A DNA stretch of 64,000 bases, from assembly GCA_963666285.1 (NCBI GenBank), contig OY762711.1; one strand, given 5' to 3'. The stretch is from Sedimentisphaerales bacterium (lineage in GTDB: Bacteria; Planctomycetota; Phycisphaerae; Sedimentisphaerales; SM23-30). Under the pieces are notes generated by a model. The model saw nothing but the letters and a program-made list of their open reading frames with translations. It was not told where the DNA came from and did no database searches. Below, piece by piece: positions 51,514-60,800 of this stretch; position 1 is the first letter of the stretch, and each line of letters starts with the position of its first letter. A program made the translations under genes and the position numbers.

Positions 51514-52389
51514 TTATCTTCTTTTATGACGCATTGTAAAGAATTTAACCAGTTCCGGCAGATAGTCTTTGCCGGTGCCGATCTGGATATGATCAACTTT
51601 GGATTGACGCAGCATACGGCAGAGCCTTTCATTTCTTGCATTGGCCTGGGTGATATAATTTTCACGGAATTTTTTTGAGGAGGTATCAACGATAATTATT
51701 TCGCCGGTTTCTGCATCCTGAAACTGCATAAGACCGCACTTTGGCAGGTCTTTCTCATACCGGTCGTGCACGCTCATAGCGATCATATCGTGTCGTTTGC
51801 TTACCAGCCGCAACTGGGTGCTGATATCGCCGCAAGCGAAATCCGATACCAGGAATACGGTAGCTTTTTTCTTTTGTACTCTAGCGAGGAAATCCAGTGC
51901 CTCGCCGATATCAGTTCCGCCGCCGGGAGTGTTATCGAAAAGCAGCTCCCGGATGATTCTCAATACATGCTGGGTGCCTTTCCGGGGTGGGATGTATTTT
52001 TCAATTTTATCGGTAAAGGTTATCAGTCCGACTTTGTCGCTGTTTTTGATTGCTGAAAATGCCAGAACGGCGCAAATCTCGGCAGCGAGTGCGTTTTTGG
52101 TTTTGTCAATTGTGCCGAAATCGCTGGAGCCGCTCATATCAACCAGCAGCATTACAACCTGTTCCCGCTCCTCGACGAACCGCTTGATATAAGGCTTACC
52201 CATGCGGGCGGTAACGTTCCAGTCGATACTGCGGATATCGTCGCCGGGAGCATATTCGCGAACTTCGTCGAATTGCATGCCCTGACCTTTGAATGCACTT
52301 TCATATTCACCGGCAAAGACATCGTTTACCTTTCGGTTGGTGAATATCTGTATTCGTCTGATTTGTTTTAGTATTTCCTGTGGCAGCAT
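51514..52389 (-). CDS. DUF58 domain protein (MoxR/vWA-associated)
   Basis: G.Y.S.FKGQGM.F.EVREY.PGDDIR.IDWNVTAR, VD.SGS, SDF. Confidence 0.93.
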   Translation of the reverse strand: MLPQEILKQIRRIQIFTNRKVNDVFAGEYESAFKGQGMQFDEVREYAPGDDIRSIDWNVTARMGKPYIKRFVEEREQVVMLLVDMSGSSDFGTIDKTKNALAAEICAVLAFSAIKNSDKVGLITFTDKIEKYIPPRKGTQHVLRIIRELLFDNTPGGGTDIGEALDFLARVQKKKATVFLVSDFACGDISTQLRLVSKRHDMIAMSVHDRYEKDLPKCGLMQFQDAETGEIIIVDTSSKKFRENYITQANARNERLCRMLRQSKVDHIQIGTGKDYLPELVKFFTMRHKRR

Positions 52390-52828
52390 AAAACACCTTA
52401 TTTGAGTGAAGAGTGAAAAACTAAGAGTGAAGAGTTAATGTGTTCGCTAACGCTCACAACTCGTTTAAAATTTGGTGTAAATGGCATATAAATTATACTG
52501 TTTTCAGTTTTAGTATTCATAAAAGTCGTACAATAGTTGAGTGAAGAGAAGAACTAAATATGCTTTGCATTTTGTGATCTTAGTTCATGCTCGAAACACT
52601 CAAGCGTGCAAATTTTTTGTAATGTCTATATTTTACCTGGATCCAGGGTTTTCAGTGTTGGTAAACCAGGTACTAAGTACTGTATTTGTAATATTTTATC
52701 CTAACAGATTATTATACGCAACATCTTTGCTTTGGTTCGGTAAATAAACCGGATTAAACAAATGTGTTTTTTGTATTCATTTTCTTTATTTTTAAGTGTT
52801 AAATCTCCCGTTTTTGTCCGCTCACCCC

Positions 52829-52857
52829 TTGCATTGTACAATGCTTTCTGATAGAAT
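52829..52857 (+). promoter_or_regulatory. sigma70-type promoter for asd
   Basis: TTGCAT-N17-TAGAAT. Confidence 0.55.
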
Positions 52858-52928
52858 CACAAGACTGTAAAAATCTAGTGAGATTAAGAATATATATAAC
52901 CTACTTCAAAGAATGGAGATATGAAAAA

Positions 52929-53930
52929 ATGACTAAGGTAGCGATAGCTGGGGTAACAGGAGCCGTAGGCCAGGAATTTCTAAGATTGCTTGACGAGAGA
53001 AAATTCCCTGCAACCAGCTATAAAATGCTAGCTTCAGCCCGGTCAGCCGGTAAAAAACTGGAATTTATGGGCCAGGAATATACTATCGAGGAACTGACTG
53101 AAGAGAGTTTTAACGATGTTGATATAGCCCTGTTCAGTGCCGGTGGTTCGATCAGTAAAAAGTATGGTCCTATTGCCGCTAAAGCAGGGTGTGTTGTAGT
53201 GGATAACTCTTCTGCGTTTCGTATGGACGCAGATGTACCTTTGGTAGTGCCTGAAATTAACGCGGACGCTATCAAGAGTCATAAGGGCATAATTGCTAAC
53301 CCGAACTGCTCAACCATTATCGGTATTACCCCGATATGGCCGGTTCACAAGGTAAATCCTGTGAAGAGAATAGTAGCAAGTACCTATCAGGCGGTGAGCG
53401 GTGCCGGCTGGCAGGCTATGGAAGAGCTAAAAGAGCAGGTAGGCAAATTCCTTAACGGAGAAACAATAGAGCCGAGAGCGTTCAAGCACCAGTGTGCATT
53501 TAATGTTTTCAGTCATGACAGTGATATTGGTGAAAACGGCTATAATGTTGAAGAGATGAAGCTGGTTCACGAGACGCATAAGATTTATGGTGATGATTCT
53601 ATTGCTATCACCTGTACTTGTATGCGTGTTCCGGTATTGCGTGCTCATTGCGAAAGTATCAACCTGGAGTTTACTAATCCAATTACACCTGAAGAAGTGC
53701 GTGAAATCATGAGCAAAGCACCGGGTGTGACAGTTGTTGATGATCGTGAGAATAATCATTTCCCGATGCCGCTAGAAGTGTCCGGGAAAGATGATATTGC
53801 TGTCGGTCGTATCCGCCAGGATGAGTCAATACCAGGAAATCGCGGGATAAACATTTTTGTCTGCGGTGACCAGATTCGCAAAGGTGCTGCTCTTAATGCG
53901 GTCCAGATTGCTGAGGAACTTGTTAAATAA
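52929..53930 (+). CDS. asd: Aspartate-semialdehyde dehydrogenase
   Basis: GVTGAVG, VVDNSSAFRM, IANPNCST, YQAVSGAG, RVPVLRAH, KGAALNAVQIAE. Confidence 0.97.
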   Translation: MTKVAIAGVTGAVGQEFLRLLDERKFPATSYKMLASARSAGKKLEFMGQEYTIEELTEESFNDVDIALFSAGGSISKKYGPIAAKAGCVVVDNSSAFRMDADVPLVVPEINADAIKSHKGIIANPNCSTIIGITPIWPVHKVNPVKRIVASTYQAVSGAGWQAMEELKEQVGKFLNGETIEPRAFKHQCAFNVFSHDSDIGENGYNVEEMKLVHETHKIYGDDSIAITCTCMRVPVLRAHCESINLEFTNPITPEEVREIMSKAPGVTVVDDRENNHFPMPLEVSGKDDIAVGRIRQDESIPGNRGINIFVCGDQIRKGAALNAVQIAEELVK

Positions 53931-53962
53931 TCATTATTGAAATAATTTCCGAAATGAGCTTT

Positions 53963-53993
53963 AGGGGCCGGGCAATTTGCTTGGCCCTTTTTT
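53963..53993 (+). terminator. Rho-independent terminator
   Basis: GGGCCGGGC-loop-GCTTGGCCC followed by a T run. Confidence 0.7.
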
Positions 53994-54068
53994 ATTGTCT
54001 AATGAGCACAGGTGTTGTTACAATATCAAAAAATATTAAAAAACTATATTTAGAAGGAATACAATATT

Positions 54069-55274
54069 ATGTCTAACGAAACTATTGCAGCGGTTAAAGG
54101 CTTTAGGGTGGCGGCTGTCAGAGCGGGAATCAAGAAGAGCGGGAAGCTTGATTTGGGGCTTATTGTTGCGGATAAGCCTTGTAAAGCTGCGGGTGTATTT
54201 ACTACCAATAAGATTGCATCCTGTACGGTGGATATTAGTCGCGAGCATATATCAAACGGTAAGGCCCAGGCAGTGTTTGTTAACGCTGGTAATGCCAACG
54301 CCTGTACCGGTAAGCAGGGAGTCAAGGACGCTAACAGCATATGTCAACAGATTGCCGAGCTGCTGGATATTAAGCAGAAGGACGTTATCGTTACCTCGAC
54401 CGGGATAATCGGCGAGCTGATGCCAATGGAAAAGGTGAAAGCGGGTATTGATAGTGCGGTAAAGGTTTTGAGCAGCTCTAAGGAGTCGGCAGATGAGCTG
54501 GCGATGGCGATAATGACAACCGACCTGGTGCCGAAGAAGGCCTTTCGTAAGATAAAGCTTGGTAATAAGGAGGTTAGTGTTGCCGGTATTTGTAAAGGGT
54601 CCGGCATGATCGCGCCTAATATGGCGACTATGCTTGCTTATATCGTTACGGACGCAGATGTATCGTCCGGGCTGCTGAAGAGGACTATTCGTGAGGTGGC
54701 GGATTGTACTTTCAATAAGGTAACTGTTGATAACCATATGAGTACTAACGATACCGCGGTGATACTTGCTTCGGGAATGGCTGAGAATGAGCCGCTAAAG
54801 AAGGTATCTGACAAGGGTTACAGTACATTCTATAAAGCGGTATGGCAGGTATGTGATGATCTGGCACGGCAGATGGCGGCTGATGGTGAGGGTGCGAACT
54901 GTATGATATCGATTTATGTTAACTCTGCCGCGACGAAAGCTGATGCGAATAAAGCACTTAGAGCTATTTCTGACAGCCCGCTGGTGAGGTGTGCGTTTAA
55001 TGGTGCTGACCCGAACTGGGGACGTATTACCAGTGCGGTTGGCTATAGCGGGGCGAAGTTTGATGTGGAGAAGTTAACATGCAAAATAGCTGGTATTACA
55101 GTATTTAAGAAAGGTCGACCGACCAAGTTTGATGCTGCGGCATTGAGCGAAAAGATGAAAGAGAAGCTATGGGAAGTTGTAGTTGATCTTGGAGCCGGTA
55201 AGCAGTCAGATTTCTGTTATACCTGTGATATGAGCAAAGAGTATGTAGCTATAAATGCTGAATATCACACATGA
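54069..55274 (+). CDS. argJ: Glutamate N-acetyltransferase / ornithine acetyltransferase
   Basis: GNANACTG, STGIIG, IMTTD, KGSGMIAPNMATML, STND, DGEGA, DPNWGR, INAEYHT. Confidence 0.97.
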   Translation: MSNETIAAVKGFRVAAVRAGIKKSGKLDLGLIVADKPCKAAGVFTTNKIASCTVDISREHISNGKAQAVFVNAGNANACTGKQGVKDANSICQQIAELLDIKQKDVIVTSTGIIGELMPMEKVKAGIDSAVKVLSSSKESADELAMAIMTTDLVPKKAFRKIKLGNKEVSVAGICKGSGMIAPNMATMLAYIVTDADVSSGLLKRTIREVADCTFNKVTVDNHMSTNDTAVILASGMAENEPLKKVSDKGYSTFYKAVWQVCDDLARQMAADGEGANCMISIYVNSAATKADANKALRAISDSPLVRCAFNGADPNWGRITSAVGYSGAKFDVEKLTCKIAGITVFKKGRPTKFDAAALSEKMKEKLWEVVVDLGAGKQSDFCYTCDMSKEYVAINAEYHT

Positions 55275-55397
55275 TACGTAACTGCCTAAGCAGTTACAGA
55301 AATAAGTAATAAGTTAAGGTGTCCTGATTTACCTCGGGTACTTAATTTTAAGGCTAACGCAAATTGTTTTGATTTGCGAGAAATAAAGAGAGTTTAG

Positions 55398-56648
55398 ATG
55401 AATACAGCGATATTGAGTACCGGAGATGAACTGGTGCATGGCCAGACGGTCGATACAAACAGCTGTTGGCTGAGTCAGCGGCAGATAGAATTAGGTTTGA
55501 GCGTAACAGAAAATGTTGTGCTGGGCGATGATAAGTCACGTATAATTGATACTTTACGACGTCTTGCCAGCTGCAATGATGTACTGCTTTGCAGCGGCGG
55601 TCTGGGGCCGACGAAGGATGATTTGACGCGTTTTGCGATAGCTGAGCTATTGGGGGTTGAGCTGGAGCTGGACGAGGTTGCTCTGGGTGAGATTGAATCA
55701 ATCTTTACTCGTTACGGGCGGGTGATGAGCGAGAGTAATCGTATGCAGGCGCTTATGCCGAAGGGTTGCGGCGTTATACCGAACAGTTGCGGGACGGCAC
55801 CGGGTATCAAGGCAGTGATAGATGGTTGTCATTGCTATTTTATGCCTGGTGTGCCTAAAGAAATGAAGCAGATGTATGACAGTTTTGTTATAGATGATTT
55901 GCGTAAGGCGTTTCCTGAGATGGGTTTACGAGTTATTAAATTTCGAACTCTGCTGGAATGCGGTTTGGGTGAATCGATTTTGGGTGAGAAGCTGGGCGAG
56001 TTGATGGACAGGGGGCGAAACCCTCAGATTAATACGAATGCCGGAAATGGTATGGTGAAGCTTCGCATACGGGCGATAAGCGGCAGTGAAGCGGAGGCTG
56101 ACGTAATGCTGGCGGAGACCGAGCGGCAGGTGCGCGAACGGCTGGAGGAGTACATCTTTGGTACGGACGACGATACCCTCGCAAAGGTGGTGTGCGGCAT
56201 GCTGGCGGCGCGTAACGAAACGCTGGCGACGGTCGAAAGCTGTACGGGGGGACTGATTGCTAAGAGCGTTACAGATGTTGCGGGCAGCAGTAAAATCTAC
56301 CTTGGAGGGTGGTGTGTGTATAGTAATAAGCTAAAGGTCAACCAGATGAGGGTAGGCCCAGATACGCTGGAGAAGTATGGTGCGGTGAGTGAACAGGTGG
56401 CGTGCGAGCTGGCTATTAATGCCCGTGAAATTTCCGGAGCAGATTATGCTCTGTCGACAACCGGTATTGCCGGACCGGGCGGCGGGACAGAAGAAAAACC
56501 GGTTGGTCTGGTTTATATTGCACTTGCCGGGCCTGGTGGGTATATAGAAGTTCGAGAGACCCGTCAGTTTGGTGACAGGGATGGTGTACGTTTGCGTTCA
56601 ACCCATTCGGCTTTGGAGATGCTGAGAAGAAAGCTATTGAAGAGTTAG
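55398..56648 (+). CDS. cinA: Competence/damage-inducible protein CinA (MoCF-like domain plus NMN deamidase)
   Basis: GDEL..G..VDTN, GGLGPT.DD.T, PGVP.EM, ESCTGG, GAVS, TGIAGP.GG. Confidence 0.95.
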   Translation: MNTAILSTGDELVHGQTVDTNSCWLSQRQIELGLSVTENVVLGDDKSRIIDTLRRLASCNDVLLCSGGLGPTKDDLTRFAIAELLGVELELDEVALGEIESIFTRYGRVMSESNRMQALMPKGCGVIPNSCGTAPGIKAVIDGCHCYFMPGVPKEMKQMYDSFVIDDLRKAFPEMGLRVIKFRTLLECGLGESILGEKLGELMDRGRNPQINTNAGNGMVKLRIRAISGSEAEADVMLAETERQVRERLEEYIFGTDDDTLAKVVCGMLAARNETLATVESCTGGLIAKSVTDVAGSSKIYLGGWCVYSNKLKVNQMRVGPDTLEKYGAVSEQVACELAINAREISGADYALSTTGIAGPGGGTEEKPVGLVYIALAGPGGYIEVRETRQFGDRDGVRLRSTHSALEMLRRKLLKS

Positions 56649-56677
56649 GAAATAAATTTTAACTTAGTTTTGTTGAA

Positions 56678-57565
56678 GTGTTTGAGAGAAGATTAATGGC
56701 AAGTTTAGAATCTGATATAATATTTGCTTTAGCTTTAATGGTATTTATCAGCTTGATAGTATTCCTTTTTGCATGTTTTCTTTGTAGGAAACTTGGGATA
56801 AAAACACGTACCTGGCTTGTTGGTATTGTTATCGTATTAACAATATTATTTAGAGTTTATTACTTCGATTCGACGCTTATACTGAAATTATTACCATTTG
56901 ATAACACGATTATTTATGGTAATTTTACTGTTCCGCTGGCTGCTATAGCGTGTGGTATTTTTTATTACAGCAGGAATATTCCATTATGGAGAAGATTGAT
57001 ACTAATAGTATTTATTATGGCAATGGCGATTAGACCTACTTTCCTGCAATTAGTAGCCGAAAAGCCCGAGACTCATAATATCTGGAAAGATGGCGTGTGT
57101 TTACAATCGACAAATTCAACTTGCGGTGCGGCTTCTGCAGCAACCCTTCTAAACTATTATGCAATTGAAGCCAGTGAAAATGAAATGGTGGAAAAGTGTC
57201 TGACGAGCAGTAACGGGTCATTTAAGCATGGCATTTATCGGGGGTTGAGAAAGAAAATAAACGATACCGGTTTTGTAGTTGAAGCAGGTTCTTGCAGTTT
57301 GTCTCAATTGCAAAATGAAGTTAAATTGCCAGCTGTGATTATTGTCAAGCTGACAAAAGAGATTAGTATAAAAGAACCCAGATATTCTCAAGTTTGGGGG
57401 TGGCGTGTGGATGTACCGCATGTTATTTTAGTTACTGATTTTACCGAAAATGCCAAAGTTTTGGTAGCCGATCCTGCCAGAGGAAGGGAAGTTTGGGATA
57501 TTGAGGGATTAAAAGATTTGTGGCAGGGTGAATATATTACATTAGATTATTTTCAGGCTGACTGA
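56678..57565 (+). CDS. Membrane protein with a peptidase C39-like domain
   Basis: 4 TM segments, then LQS...TCGAAS (Cys), PHVILV (His) and VADP (Asp). Confidence 0.8.
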   Translation: MFERRLMASLESDIIFALALMVFISLIVFLFACFLCRKLGIKTRTWLVGIVIVLTILFRVYYFDSTLILKLLPFDNTIIYGNFTVPLAAIACGIFYYSRNIPLWRRLILIVFIMAMAIRPTFLQLVAEKPETHNIWKDGVCLQSTNSTCGAASAATLLNYYAIEASENEMVEKCLTSSNGSFKHGIYRGLRKKINDTGFVVEAGSCSLSQLQNEVKLPAVIIVKLTKEISIKEPRYSQVWGWRVDVPHVILVTDFTENAKVLVADPARGREVWDIEGLKDLWQGEYITLDYFQAD

Positions 57566-57578
57566 TTGAGCCCAGGCA

Positions 57579-57631
57579 GGTGTGCGGCTGCGATCGCCCC
57601 ATTCGGCTTTGGAGAAGCTGAGAAGAAAGCT
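57579..57631 (+). repeat. Diverged direct-repeat copy of the cinA 3' end (56583-56635)
   Basis: CCCATTCGGCTTTGGAGA(T/A)GCTGAGAAGAAAGCT is shared; the copy translates as GVRLRSPHSALEKLRRKLL. Confidence 0.85.
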
Positions 57632-57754
57632 TCTCTTGAAGTCTGAAGTATAAAGTCTGAAGTCTGAAAAGAATGTTTAGTTCTGTGATAAGTTGACACA
57701 TTATAGATTTATGATGTTTAGACAAATTGCAGGAGATGTCAGTTTGATTAGATA

Positions 57755-57816
57755 AAAATGGCCGAGATCCTCCAGCTGTCGGAAAGACAGCGAGAGGAAA
57801 CCGGCCGTTAAATTTT
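57755..57816. terminator. Long interrupted hairpin downstream of the 1701-aa gene
   Basis: Nested stems GGCCG/CGGCC, CCTC/GAGG and GCTGTC-GGAAA-GACAGC. Confidence 0.5.
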
Positions 57817-57845
57817 CTAAACCTGTTTTATGTATTTATCGTAGA

Positions 57846-60800
57846 TTACTCCAGGTTTGAAATAACAACATCGTCAATCCAGGCACAGTCCATTCCTTCA
57901 CCGATGGTTTCATCTTTTTCATATTTCCAGGTAAAGGTATGCTGACCTTCTGTCTTGATGTTATAGCTATATACAGACCAATCAACTTCACCAGAGAAGT
58001 AGTCAGCTAATTTTCCGTCAATATAGAACAGCAAATAGTCATAATCCTGTTCGCTGGAGATTTTAGCGGCAAAGCTAATAGAGTTATAACCTGTTGTATC
58101 AACCGTCAAGAATATTGAGCTGGAACACATGTTATCTATAACAGCGGATTTTGCAGCATAAGCACCGCGGTATGGTTCTTCAACTATATTCCACTGATTC
58201 GGATCGTTATTCTGCCAGTCAAGAGCAGTAAAATCGCCCGTTTCAAAGTAATCAGCTTCGACTTGCTCTACTTCGATTTTGTCTGAAGAGAGCCAGTTTC
58301 CAGCAAGCAACAGCAGGTCGTATTGATCTATTGTACTATCAGCGTTGAAATCTACAATATCCCAACTAGTAGCTGAATCATTAACCGTAACCAGCCAGTT
58401 TCCTGCGATTTGAGCGAATGTCTGCATATCTATCCTGGTAGTAGAAACTGAAATTGTAATATCAATTTCAGAACCAACTATTACTGAGCTTCCTCTACGG
58501 ATGCTTTGACTAATGATCTTGTCAATATCGACTGTATAGCTTGCAGCGTAAGAGACGCTGCCAAGTTTCAGCCTGGCATTTTCTAATGCAGCCTCCGCCT
58601 CAGCCTGGGTTATATACGCAAGATTCGGCACGACGGTCATTTCAGGTCCGACTGAAACAACTACTGTAACAAACGATCCCATCAATAGTTTCTCACCACT
58701 ATTGATGTTCTGGCTTATAACCGAACCAGCCGGAACCGTCAGGCTATAATCAGTACTAACACTAATACCTATTGGGATAGCAGCAAACGCTGCCTCTGCA
58801 TCTTCCTGAGTCATATTTACAACGTCAGGCACGGTAATCATATTACCTAATGAAATGACTATATTGATTGCAGTATTTATTACAACGTTTTCACCTGATG
58901 CTACTGACTGAGATACAATACTGCCTTCTGCTACAGAAAAACTATATTCATAGGTCTTTGTTCCTACTGCCAGCTTAACATCAGCCAAAGCAGCAGCGGC
59001 AGCATCTTCTGTCATCAATGCCAGGTTTGGCACTATTGCCATCTCAGGCCCGGCAGACACTACCAGATCAACAGCAGTTTCAACCGCAACCGAATTGCCA
59101 GCGGCCAGACTCTGGCCGATAACAGTACCTTCAGCGATAGTCATGCTGTATTCGGTAGTAATTGTACCAACAGTCAGATCAGCGGCCAATACCAAAGCCT
59201 CGGCAAGTGTCTGACTTACTCCTGTTACCGCAGGAACTGTAGTCATTTTTGTGCCTTTAGATATGATCAACCTTATGGTAGAGCCTATAAGAGCATAATT
59301 ACCGGCCTGCAGGTCTTGATTCATTACAATACCTGTCGGCACAGTTGAGCTATAATGTTCCATAGACGTACCAACCACAAAACCGGCATTAAGTATAGCC
59401 GCTTCTGCTTCGGCCTGTGTCATGCCGGTAAAGTCAGGGACGGTTACGATCTGCGGCCCATCTGAGACAACGAGATTGACAGCTGAACCAATGACAGTTG
59501 TGCCGCCACCGGCTATACTCTGGCCAATGACATTACCCTGGGCAACAGTAAAGCTATAGCCGTAAGATATTTCGCCAACTTCCAGCTCAGCCGCTTCTAT
59601 TATGCCGACAGCCTCTGTCAGGTTCATATCATAAAGCGATGGTACGCCCACCATTTCCGGGCCGTCCGAAATAACCAGGGCAACTTCTGTTGTAATAATT
59701 ACTGACTCATCGGCGGCTATGCTCTGGCTGATGACATGGCCGGAAGGCACATTGAAATCATATTGATGCACAATCGGTTCGACTATCGCCAGTTTAGCCT
59801 GTAGAATAGTGAGAACAGCTTCAGCTTCGGTCATGCCGTAAACATCCGGTACGGTTGTATATTCCGGGCCATCGGATATGACAAGGTCAACTGTATTATT
59901 TATGATGACTCTCAAGTCGGCCTCTATGCTCTGGCTGATAACATAACCTGCCGGGACAGTGAAACTATAGGCATAGGAAATATCACCGATTTCAAGTTTT
60001 GCATCTGTTATAGCCACAATTGCATCTGATTCTGAAAGCCCCATAAGTTCTGGGACAGTGGTTAATTCCGGGCCTTTAGATACCAGTAGATTTAATATGC
60101 CTCTATGTGAAAGCAACTCACCAGCAGCGATATCCTGATCAATAACATATCCGGCAGGAACTGTAAAGCTGTAAGCATATGAAATATCTCCCAGACGAAT
60201 TCCAGAATCAGCAATTAACAAAACTGCGTCTTTATAGTCAAGTCCTTCAACTGAAGGAACTGTTACAACTTCCCACACTAACCTTGGATAATCATTTTCG
60301 AAGCTATACCAGACACCAAAAGTTTCATCTGTAATATAATTCCAGTTAGCATCCAGAAAAGTAGCTTGTGTTAACATTTCTTCAGTTGTTTTTCCGGTAC
60401 CGCCAGCACTTGTAGTTTGACCGCTAAGGTCAATGTCCCAGAAACAATTTGTGACACTGGCTCCATAACTTTGTCCAAGAAAACCATAGCCATTGGGAAC
60501 TACACAAGAAGAATAGCTGGTTGTAATTGTTCCATAATCTGAATATCCACAAAAACCGCCAATAGAACCACTGCCAGTTACAGTGCCAGATGAGTAACAA
60601 TTTGTAATGGTGCCTCTGTTATGCAGTCCACACAACCCACCCACATAATTTCTACCAGTTATCTCAACTTCAGATGTGTAGCACTCTGTTACACTGCCAT
60701 AGTAGTTATTACCTACAAGGCCGCCAACATGATCAAGTCCATTTATCTGAACACCTTCTGCAAAGCATTGGTAGATATTGCCTAGATTATTATTTCCTAC

